A DNA stretch of 51,373 nucleotides from positions 1-51,373 of the forward strand of contig JAHBMJ010000290.1 of the NCBI GenBank assembly GCA_018398765.1. Reading direction: 5' to 3'. Source of the stretch: Chromera velia (Eukaryota). The translations under genes and the position numbers were made by a program. A model generated the notes under the pieces. The model was not told the origin of the DNA, did not search any database, and worked only from the letters and a program-made list of their open reading frames with translations. Positions 37,206-49,570 of the stretch are shown piece after piece. Every line of letters starts with the position of its first letter. The stretch's first letter is position 1.

Positions 37206-38332
37206 CTTCAACCGATCCGTTGTTCCGGTCCGCAACTTTGTTTGCCCAGAGGGGATGAGGACGAGGAGCGTTCGCACTCAGAGTAGGGAATCAAATCCAC
37301 AAGAAAGACCTGAATGTTAGACTGGCGAAAACATATGCCCATGTGTATTTTTAAAAACATTGTTACACAGTCGATCAATCAAAAATTATGCACACATGAA
37401 TGCATGAATTCGTGCACACATGCAGTTTTTTCAGGGAACTATAAATTAGTGAGTGAGTACGCGCGCTTTGCGCGCAAAAGTTGTATACATGGTCATCAGT
37501 AAGTGTGTCGCTTTTTTCTGCATGTGTGTCCCTCAATCCCTTCCTAATTCCTGCACCAGCGTGGCAGGGGTGTGTGGGAAAAGAGCGTCCGGACTCCGGA
37601 TGGGGGGTTTTTAGCCACCGGCTCTTCGGGGCAGGAACCATGGAATAACATGGGGTTGATCGTGACTATTACGCTAGCATAGCAGTCCTAGAGTGCTCCA
37701 TAGCTTATGCTAGCTTGTACATACGTGCGACTAATCGTCCTACCCGGGCCACCTCCCTGACACTACAGGCCACTTGAACAAAACTAAAAGTACAAACAAG
37801 AAAAAAAAACGATATTATGAGATTGTTATGACTCTACTAACTTGTGAGCTAGCTTGTGAGGTCACATGTAATATAGCTAGCAATTGACGTGACAATAGTC
37901 ATATAAACTAGCACGTCGCTCATGTGATACTCATATAAAAGCACGCCCTGCCAGAAGTAGTAGCCTGAGAAGCGTTCCATGTTGGGTTAGTTGCAAAGTC
38001 TACGTGTTTCATGAAACAATCTTTTTTGCATGTTGTGACCTGTCAACCGCTAGAAGATGATGATAATCATTTGACAATAAAACATTTGTTAAAAAAAGAC
38101 GTCTAAATCATACACACTACATGATGTCTCTTTCAAGTCGCATGTATGATGCATATCAAAACATAAGAAAAATGTCAGTTCTCCATTCAAAGTTGCTACT
38201 ACGCAGTAATAAAGAGCGGTTACTCACAAACTTTACATTCCGTGGTCGTCCGAAAGACAAAAGAGTTGCCGAGCGCGGCCTTGAAACGGCTGATACCCTA
38301 GACGGACCTCCAGGAGCCGTTTAGTAAAGCCC

Positions 38333-38435
38333 TCAATCTAAAAGATTGCTGCTGCTAGCATACGACACGCTTGACATACCGTAGGAGAGACGTGGCCGAC
38401 TGCCACGTCTCTGCAACCCTGACTGCAGATTCAGC

Positions 38436-38471
<36 letters not shown>

Positions 38472-41400
38472 ATCATTTGATGAGAAAGACAAGCAGTCAG
38501 TTCCTGATTTTTTTTTACTGCGTCTGATTTTCTGTTCTGTACCGATACTGCAAGTGCCCGTTTGCGACTGTCAACGCATTTTTCGTCGTCTGCACTTTTT
38601 TCGTCTAATTTGCCTCTGTTCTGTCTTATCGATTCGCTGCCCCTTTCCCGCCTCTTTGACAAGCTACGCGCCACTTTGTTGCTTTTTTCTCAATATTGTG
38701 CCTGTCAGCACCCATACTGTTCTCCATATAGGAGCCTGTTTCGTTCCTGTGCTTTCTGATTTTCTCACGGATTTACAGTTGAGTTCTTTATTTCTTCTGC
38801 TTTTGGACAAAGAGACGCATGCAGAGAGAGAGACACAAAGGAAGGGGACGACAACGATGCATGGATGCAACGCGTTTAAACCACTGACTGACCCCTCCTT
38901 CTGTCCCACTGTTGGACAAAGAGGAAGTCATCTCGAGGACTTTCCCGAACAAAAAGCTCACGTGGGAGAGGAGGGGCTTAACCTGCATCCATCCATCCAT
39001 GCATCCAGACCAGTTTTGTCGTCTTCTGATGTCTTTTCCAGGCTTTTCGGAGAAGGAGAGTAACCCAAAGAAGACTGCGGGAAGACCTGCAACTAGCAGG
39101 TTCTGAAATGAAGGGCGAAAGGGGGGAAGAGCGGGAATCTGCATAGCCTTTGCGTTGAGCTGTAGATTGGAAAATAGGTGCGTCTGATGCATCCGACTTG
39201 ACAAAGACAACAAACGAAGTCAAAAAGTGATCTCAGATACTTTTCACTTGAGCACCAATCTTTCTTGTTCTCATGTATGTGTTTGATGAAGTCATTTCCA
39301 ATCTCTCTCAGAATTTCTGCCATCTTTTTGATTCCCTCTCTTACGCACTCGTGTCTTCTGCTTCCCCTCCAGCTCGAGGGCTGTGAACGCAGCCATTTGC
39401 TCCACTGGCCAGGGTGCGTTCGCATCTGCACGGCGGAAGAAATAACAAATCGAGAGAGAAAATGGTTCTAGAACCTCGTGAGAGACAGGGTGCAAAGTGG
39501 AGAGGAAAAGAGAGGAGGCAGACGGGAGACACTTTCATCTGACTGCTTTCTTCACGGTGGCGGAGGAAAACACCGTATACCAAGGAACCGGTATCAAGTA
39601 CGCGGACGGGTCACATGCAGACGACGAGAAAATGCCCCTTTATTCAATGTTCTCCTCGGTTCCCTCTGTCATGGATGGCTCTACATCCGGTCCCCCACCA
39701 CAGGATGTCCAAGCTATCTACTTCTCCGCGCCTTGATTCACACGCAGCTTCATCCTGTCCACACGCACGATGTATTTGCACACAGACACGCTTGGCTAAG
39801 TTCGTTTTTGAAACAAACAATGCATGTCTTGATTGATGGTCCACACAACTCACCAGGCTCCCCGCTGTACAGCTGTATTCTATCCACGCAGGTGCCCCCG
39901 CCGGGTTTCATCACGCGTGGTGGTTTAAAGTCCTGTCCGAAGTAACACGTGCAGGCCCCGCAGGGCCCCGGCAACTGGTCCAGAGAGGTCGGCTCGTCGA
40001 ATCCCATCGAGTCTGCAAAGTGCTCTCGTTGGGCCTGAGTCATTCGGCCTTCAATCTCTAAAATCTGCATTCATGGATCAAAAGTGGCAAGCAAAAGTCA
40101 GGGAAAGAGACAGAGACAGAGAGAGAACAAAACTCACAAGGAAAAAAACACCTTTTCAAGAATTTTGCATGTGGTGTTTCATCTGTCCAAACACACCTGC
40201 ATGTCCAATTTTTGACACCCCATTCCCACACGAAGTTACACAACGACAAGAAGCACTTGATGATCTTGCTATACAAAAGGTCCATCAAGCCCTCTATCGG
40301 AAGAAATCGGAGAGGGAGACGCTCTTCTATCATGACGGTCTTTTACTAAGAGAAAACTGGCATACATACAGGCAGAGCGACCAAACTAGCCACCCCACCT
40401 GTGCAGCTCGAGAGTTCAGTGCCAGCCCCTTCATGTCATCCACAAGGACCCCGTACTTGATCGAGAGATGCGCAATCAGGAGCTTCATCAAAGTCACCAC
40501 GGCAATCAAACTCACCTGCAATCACACCCCAATATGCAGAAAGACGGCAATAGAAATCCCGTTTGGTTGCTGAGTCAAACAACACGTCAGAGAGGTTACA
40601 TGGAAAGAGAGCCGAAGACACGATGTAAAAATGAGTTTTGGGTTCACAGACAGCGGCAGGAGACGGGCATCAAGTCAAGCTTCTGGGGTTGCTTCTCTTC
40701 GGCAGCTGTATGGGCACAATACGACTGTCACCCAGCCTGCCTGCCTGCCTGTCTGAATGACCAACTGACTGACTGACTGACTGTCTGACTGACTGCCTGA
40801 CTGTCTGACTGACTGACAAGGATGAAGGAGAAGTGCCAGAGCAGAACCAGGTGCCGCCCCTCCCAATCGGGGAACCAAATCTTCAGAACACCAACCCACA
40901 ACGTCATGACTGTGCGGTCGTATCTGCAGACAGTCATGCATGACAGGCCAAGACAGAAACGAAGACCGGAGCAAAGAAAGCGACGAAAACTCTCATGACG
41001 GAAACACACAAACGCATGCAGACAACATTGATTTCTCACTCGTACAATGGATCAAGCCATGTTTGAGAAAGTGTGTGTTTCTCGCTCAGATTCGCTCTCC
41101 GACTTGACGAGATGTCTTCACACAGAAATATTGGTGTGCCCAATCACTCTTTTGACCAGACTCTGGTTCGATGCTCCTCATACGGATTTTCCGAATCTCT
41201 GCTGTCATCAACGAATAATCGGCAAGGGTCCAGGTCTTCCAGACGCAGAGACAGGATGCTGCATGCGTACATTTGGTCGGCGTGTTGGATTTTCTTCCAA
41301 AGGGACGGACTGACTGACTGACTGACTGACTGACTGACTGACTGACTGACGATTCGAATTCGATGAGAGGGTCGATGAGAGAGGAGACCTGGACTGCTGA

Positions 41401-42035
41401 GGCGAAGGCCAACACGACGAGGAGCTGCAGCAGTGCAGTCAGGACGCGGTGAAACAACAAGCAAAACGGTGTGTGTGTGTGTGTGTGTGTGTGTGTTGAA
41501 AGACAGAGGGAGACGCACAGAGAGAGAATGACGGGAAGCGCACGAGTGGCGCTTAATAGTCAGTGCTCTTTATATTCTTCATTTTCTTCCTTCCTTCTCT
41601 CCTTCACGCCTTCTCCCGTCTTCTCTCTAGCGGTCTAATAATCGAGAGAAGAGACCACACCGCCATCGAGAGGGGAAAGTGTCGCGTCTTTCTAATGGAT
41701 TGAATTGAGACACACAAAGAGGAACACAGGTGGACCGATAGACTGAAAAATTCACTGACCACAAAGAAAAGGATGTGAATAATCTCTCCAACGAACAAAG
41801 CGACTGCTGCTTTCACCCCCGCAATGCTGTCCAGAGTCAGGAGCACCTCCATCGAGAGGAGCCATAGGAGGAGGCCTGCACTGGCTGCTCCTCGTTCAAG
41901 CGCTGTGGATATCTGGAAGGTATCTCCGGGGACCTGCATGCATGAGCAGTATCTATCAAACGGGTACATGACGACGTCGAGAGATTTGACTCAAATGAAT
42001 GAATCAATGAGTAAATGAAAGAGACAGAGAGAGAA

Positions 42036-42080
<45 letters not shown>

Positions 42081-44687
42081 AGAGAGAGAGAGGCGGCAAA
42101 ACTCATTTGAAAAAGGAGAAAGAACAAACAAGCCAAATATAGGACGAAAGAAGCAGAGAAGAATCAGAAGCAGTCCGACGGACCGTCACGTCAAACGACT
42201 GCCCTCCAAGTTCCAATCCCGCAGCACTGCAAAGAATTATACTGCAGGCAGGCAGGCAAGCAAGCAAGCAGAAAGTTCTCAGTATCGACACAGTTTTTTC
42301 TCTGCTTCATTGACTGCCCATTATGCTCTGGAGCCACCGACGTGCAGCCTTCTGACCTTCACACAGCATTCATTTCAACAGTGTGAACAAAACTACCCTC
42401 TTCCACTCGCTTGCGTCAATCCCTTCTGACAAACTGACGTACCTCGCGACAACTCTAGACCAGTTGAAGAAGGAGACCATCTGGAGAGGAATCCATCCAG
42501 AGACCGTTCGGGAATGAATTTGAGCTGCAGGGAATAAAAAAGGGAGAGAAGAGGATACAAGAAAAGCAGAAAAAGTTCTGATTAACGTCTGCAGGCCTGC
42601 CGCAGTCCGACCTTCTCCCCCTCCTCATACCCTTCAGCCTTCAGCTCTCCAGGGACTTGCGCGTTCCTTTTGGGCCGCAAGTTGATATGAGGCGTCCGTC
42701 GTTCGAGGAAGCATGGGAACGCATTTTGTAAAAGGAACAGAAACAAGTCTAGAAAGCGCAGAAAGGGTGTGTCTCTTGGCGATGTCTGCATATCGACTGA
42801 GAAGCTTTCTCCCTCACTCCACCCCCTTCTCCTCTCAATGATGTTCATACTTTCATTCTCCCACTCATTTCTCTGTACACCGACCACAAGCCGACCAACC
42901 AATGCTGATCTGCACATGCCAGATCCCGTACCCCAAGCCGATCACCCAGGAGACAGCCCGAAAGCCGAACGCGGGTGTGCTCAGACGGTCGAGGAGATTG
43001 TACCCCAAAGTGAAGCACAGCAACTGCACATGCGGACGTGCACGTACAAAGGAGTTAAGCAGACCAGCTGGAAACAAAGGGTTTAGATGCGAATCAATAT
43101 TGCTATGAAAGGAATAATATCGGTATACATTGAATGATTCTTTCCTCTTCACAAGATTTCTCAAAAGGTCCATAAGAGCTCTTCAAACAAGTAAATCCGA
43201 AAGCTACGCACATGCAGTGCACATGAAAGGCAAGCTTCGAATGAGAAGACTGCTCGTCTCTCGCGCCCACCGTCCACCCAGCGCCCACCCTGACGTACCT
43301 GAAAAAGGTAGAGGCATTGAAGACGAACAAACTTTCTCTTTCCGTAAAGTTCCCATTTTTTCCCGACGATGAATTTGATGACCTCATGATTCGACACCTG
43401 TGGATCGCGCAGACGCACCAACGCCCCGAGAGGAGTATCCAGCACGGTCCGCCCGCTTGCTTGGTGTCTGGGGTCTCCCCACAGTTCCCGGATCCAGAAT
43501 ATAACCTGTCTCCTTCCTTTCTGGACCTTCTCTGAGCACCACATGTGGCCGTCAAAGAAGGGAAAGAGCAGCTGAGGAGCTTCCTTGCACAGTTTTGCAA
43601 CAATGTCCGGGTGGGACTCCCACATTTCGTCCCTGCAGGAATTTTTCAAAACAAGGAAGCTGTAACGAACAGAACTAAGTAAAAAGAAAGACAAGAGCAC
43701 ACAAGATGCACATGACGCGGCATATGCCCAAATCGAATCCGTCAGGGCGCACAATCAATGCAGGCAGGCAGGCATCGATGGGAACAAAAACACATGCAGC
43801 CAGAGATGGGCTCACAGAAAGAAAGATGTCATGATTGAGTGAGAAAATTCCAGAGGACAGATTGGCGCAGAGAGAGAATGGGTGCATGCAGGAGTGCTTC
43901 ACTCAGCTGCCGACCTCCCATAATAGAGTCTGAAGCCGTCACCACGGAGGGAGAGGCAATCTCGAATGAGAAGTTCTGCAATTTTCGCTTTGCCCTCTCG
44001 AAGGGCCCTGCACGCAGTCAAACAATCACGTGCTAAGTTGTTATTCAAAATCTCAGTCAAAGAATGACACGTGGAAATGACCCAAACCGTCTCATAAAAA
44101 CAGAGAGCAAAAACACTCGGACCTGAGACCTCAAAATTATTCCGGACTGAAAGGAGCATTCAGCTGACCAGTAGAGCGGGCTTTGTTTGTCGCCGTGGAT
44201 GTCCACCTGGCAGCATGCTTTCGCTCTGTCTTTGCGACTCTCCGAGTCGAGACCATCCAAAAGAATGCGCCTGCATGCAACGGTCAACGAATCTCCTTAC
44301 GCACGCATGCAGAAACAAGAGGCCGCCTTTTCCATTGGAATCCACTTAGAGATAGAAGCCGGAATCGACGGTTGTTTTATGAAAGAGACTCCTCAAGCAG
44401 ATGGAATGAGTCAACTGGCCTTTCTGGAACCTTTTTCCCTCCCCCTCATTTGTACATGGTCCGGGAACCAACAAAGGTGTATGATATGCACAAACGGAGA
44501 GAAAACTCCTCGACAGGCAAAGTCTGAGATCACCGCTGCCTCCAAATGCCCACCCAAGCACCCATGCACCTGTCGTTTGCAATGAGGGCCTTGACGATCG
44601 GTTGATTTCCGGCAGAGATCATCGACCGGAGGTCCTTGGTTGTCTGCAATCGTGTTCAACCATCCATCCATCCATCCATTCATACAC

Positions 44688-44721
<34 letters not shown>

Positions 44722-44730
44722 ACACCCACA

Positions 44731-44781
<51 letters not shown>

Positions 44782-46531
44782 GCTTCGATGAAGGATTCGA
44801 CCACACGAAACATGGAACCGATCAGGGCCACATGTAGAGAGGGACAACAGAGAAGCAATAGAAAACCCAGAGAGAAGAAATGTGAAAGAGACAAGAGCAA
44901 AGCGCATCTATCACATGGAAGGAAAAGACAGGAGGAAGTTTTGAAGTAGTCATGGAGGGAAAAAAAGCCACGGAAATAGCAGCGACTCGTTTCTCATGGG
45001 GTAGGCGCTGCCGACAAATCAATAATTCTTTTTTGTAAACCCAGAGAAAGAATCCAGGGACTAGTCAGACCGAAAGCAGGCATCGGTAAAGGTTGTCGCC
45101 AATGAAAAAATGATTTGCACGAAGACATTATTGCTGGCAGGTATTTCATCTTTCCAACAATACCAAGGGGCACTTCAAGGGGGGGCACGCAGAGAAGAAA
45201 GAACAGAAAAATCAAGTAGAGACCCCCCAAAAGGCTGAGTACACGCACGCAGGACCGATTGAGACAGGACAAGAAAAGAAAGAGGAGAACGATCCAGAAT
45301 GAAGCTACGCGAGAAGAATGGAATTTCACTGACGATTTTCCAAAAGTCCGTCCAGCTCTCCTCGTGCTTCTCTGTCCATCTGTCTCCTAAAATGTTCCTC
45401 AAAGTTCTGCAGGGAGGGAGGCAATCAGCAGCTGGCCTTCGGTCCTCTGGTCCCTTTCCCCCAGAGTCTGTCTGCGAATCCCTTTGTGAATGCTATGCAA
45501 AACGTTGTTGGTTTCACATACAAAGATAAGACAAACTGACAAATTGTTCCTCAAACAATGGAGAAGGCATCTCTCATCTGTGAACGTTCTGATTTGTCAT
45601 CAGCCAAAGGTCATCCTTTTCAGGCTTTCTCACATGTTCCACGAAAACTGAATTGGGGAAAGAAAATGAGTGTATCAACGAAGACCGGGGGCAGACAGAC
45701 CTCAGGAGCACAACCCCGAACACCGAGACGTCCTGAATTCTGACGCCCCAGATCACGTGACGCATCGCCAGGGATTTGTTTTCTCGCCAGATGAAAGCCG
45801 GACGCTCAGCAAATTCCAACAGAAGGCGAATCAAGTTGCCAAAGATTCTGTTGAGGCAAGGTGAAAAGAGAGCACAAAAAGAGCGCCACATCTGTTTATG
45901 CCAAGTCACTCAGTTTGATCTCTCTTTAATGTGAAAACCGACCCCTGCTCTTAATTCCAAACTTCATGAAATCCACTGCCACTTCACTATACAACGTTGT
46001 GCCTGCCTGCCGTCTAGCAGTCATGCATTCAGGGGACCCTGTTGTGTGTGTCAGGCAGGGATGGTATTGATGAATGATTCGAAGAATCAAGTATGATGAC
46101 AGACCAAGAGAGAGAACTGCATGGAGAGAATCCAGATCAGAGAGGGGAAAGCAGGGATGACAAAAGGGGCAAAACACACAACGAAAAGGCAGCCGATCCA
46201 CAAAACAAAAAAACAACGGGAGGGACCCTCTGAACGGAGAGAAAGAGAACGTACTATGTGACTTCGAAAGCGACCGAGTCAGCAACACAAAGTTGAGTTG
46301 AGATCTCATCAAGTCAGTAACACAAACTGAAGGATTCATAGTTTGCTGACCGAGGGTAGGCTTTTGTTGGCCGAATAAAAACTCTCCGGAGTGTCGGTGC
46401 AACGTGCAGCAGCGACTCAGTAAATTGAGCCCCAAAGTACTGCGAGGGGGACATGTTGAGACAAAAAGAAAGGCGTTCAACGTCATGAAATGCTCAATTA
46501 ATGCGCAGGAACAATGCCAGAGAGAGAGAGG

Positions 46532-46572
<41 letters not shown>

Positions 46573-49528
46573 CAATTACTGGGCCTGGATGGAAGCGCAC
46601 AAGGACTCGAGGAGATACAGGATGAAGCAATCTGCTGGTATGACTTCATGACGAGATCTCCCTTAGCCTTCTTCATGCAAGCAAATAAACGGGGGGGCAG
46701 CTGAGAATCAAGCTCCTCGGCACGACTTGACAGACATCAACTTGGTTGAACAGTCCCCCCCCCCCGGCTACCAAAGTGCGGGAGCTGAAAAGAGCAAACA
46801 CCCCCCAGGGCCCCCCGCCTCAAATTAAGACGGACCTGCAGGGCCCTATCCGATACGGGTTCTGATGTTTTCTGCGTGTCCCTCTTGGGGCTGTCGTCCG
46901 CTGCGGCCTCCCCAAAAGTGCCTAGGTTCTGCAGAAAGGAAGGAATAAGAGGCAGGAAGAGGCTCTTTTGCACGAACCTCAATGACATTCATTACACAAG
47001 GGTCCCTGCCTAGACCCCATGGAGCCTCCAGACGCTCATTCCGTTTTCTGCACAAAAAGCTGAGTGGACAACGACCATGGGATCCCCGCAAAAGAGGGCG
47101 TCATCCCGTGAGACTGATCGCGACACCAAGGTTCTTCTTTGCACAACACTCGGCAGGGATGGCGGTACATGAAATTGACATTGAACATGTCTCACACGCC
47201 AAGCAAACAAGAGTGGTGATGCGACGTGAAAAACGAGTCAATGTGTCGTCGATTTGCTCCTCTAAGTTTCAAAATGGCCAAAACAACGGCGAGAAGGACA
47301 CAAAGCGAATTGGTGAGGGGCCCGGAAAATTAAGAGACCCGTCAACTAAATGGAAAAATGACTTACGGTGAAGCCTGCTTGCCCTTCTTTGGCAAACTCT
47401 GTGTCCTGTTTGGTGTTCATCTTGAACAGGCTGGCGAATGACTGACGAACTCTCTGGAACTGAAAAGTACCGAGGGCCCTTCGTTTTTTTCTTTCCTCCT
47501 TCAGCCTCTCTTCTTCTCCTTCCTCTTCGTCCATCTGCGCGTCGTTTTCGGGGACAGACTTCGGGAAGCTCTCGCCTGACATTGGGGGATTCATACCTGC
47601 ATGGATGCATCCAAGTCAACAGGCAGCCGTTGGGTCACTCTGTGCATGGGAGGCGTCCACGGGGGGAAATGAATGACCAAAAACAATTATGCAAATGGGA
47701 ATAAATGGAGACGCACTGACGGAAATGGAGCACACAAAAAGGGCCTGTGTACAAAAAAAGGACAAAATCCGCTTACCTGTCTTATCGTCTGGGAGCGAAT
47801 CGGACGATCTCTTTTTTTCAAAAGACCCCCCTCTGAAGATCCCTCCGCCTAGAGAGGAGTCCAAACTTGCGTGCTGCAAGCGGAGTCGGAGAGACACAGA
47901 CGAACAGACAGACATTCGTTGATCGCCCCTTTCAAAAAGATAAAAAACAAGTGTGAAGCCGCTCGGAAACCTGAAGAACAAGAGTGAACAGCGCAGACTC
48001 TCTTGAATAAGGGAACTCACGGAAGCTGTCTGTCCATTTGCTTTCTCTTGTAGAGCCCAACTACAAAAGCCCCAATATGAATAGGGAGCAAGAAGAAGAA
48101 GAAGAAGAAGAAGAAGAAGCTGGGAAAAGGGATCCGACGCCCGGTTTTGTACGTCTGTCATCATCTTGTTCATGTACCTTACCCTGTTTGCTTCGTTCCT
48201 TGCCATCGTCTCAACAATATCCCAGGTTCTCCATATTACCCTCCTCTTCTCTTCATTCCATTTGATTCCTGCTTCTCTCTGTGCAATGCCCCACATCCAG
48301 TTATACGCGTCTTCCTCCCTGTGAGTAAACGCCAAGCCTTGACATTCCGAAAGCTCGCCCAGAGTTTGAAGAAGAACTTTCTCCAGCTGCATGCAATCAT
48401 TGGGGGGGGGAGGGGGGGAGAAGAGAAGAGAAGAGGTCATGAATCAGTGACGGCAAAAACTGAAACGAAACAATGGAGGAAAATGACTACTGAGGAAGGG
48501 CGGGAGGAAGAAAGGAAGCCGCCGACACCATCCAGGTTTCCATCCGTTGTCGAAATTCAATTTCATCACAAGACCTCTTGATTCCTTCCACTCAAACACA
48601 CGAACAAGAACAGACAGACAGACCTTCGCCATATCGGGCACCTGTCCGTATCGCTGAAAGGAGTGCACCAGAGAGATACCAAGCTGGACTGCGCGTCTTT
48701 GAAGTTTTCGAGGATCTGCAAGTCTTTGCACGACGGAATCAACGAGCTCAGTAAGATCTTGAGCAAGTTTCGATATCCTGGCGCTTTGTTGAAGCCTTGC
48801 TTCGGAGTCTTGTTCCGCGTCTGCTGCAGCTTTTGCTGCTGCTTTCGACCCAGACGGTGAAAAGTTCGCCTTCGGGGAAGACTTCGGTTTGCTCGAGTCC
48901 TCCTCTACATCCAGGAGTGCCTTTTGGCTCGGTGAGGCAGCAGACGATGCCGCCTGTGCAGTGGAGACCTCAGTGTTCATGTTTGCCTCTAGTTTGGCAA
49001 CCACGACGTCGGCAGACAGCTGTGCAACCAAAGTCTGCATGTACACACACGGTGCAGGGGGGAGGGGAGAGAAACCGCCAGTGCAACAAAGCCGAAAGGA
49101 GAAAATGCCTCTCTCACTTCCTTTGTTGTGTTTTAAAGGTCCGCTTCTAAGAAACTAGCCTGAGTGGGTCGCATACTGACTGTCTCATTGTCCGACCACA
49201 ACCGACCCACTGACTGACAGTCCTTCTCACTGGCAAACTGGCTGAATGTGTGAATAACCGACTGACAAAGCGAACCACGGACTGACTGACTGACTGACTG
49301 ACTGACTGACTGACTGACTGACTGACTGACTGACAGTCCTTCTCACTGGCAAACTGGCTGAATGTGTGAATTACCGACTGACAAAGCGAACCACGGACTG
49401 ACTGACTGACTGGCTGACTGGCTGACTGACTGACTGACTGACCGACCGACCGACCGACCGACTGACTGACTGACTGACTGGCTGGCTGACTGACTGGCTG
49501 GCTGACTGACTGACTGACTGACTGACTG

Positions 49529-49570
<42 letters not shown>

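Noticed and set aside
46580..46700. Possible extra channel exon [26 protein letters not shown]
   Set aside because: I found no phase-compatible donor, and the flanking exons join in phase without it; RNA-seq is needed to exclude it fully.
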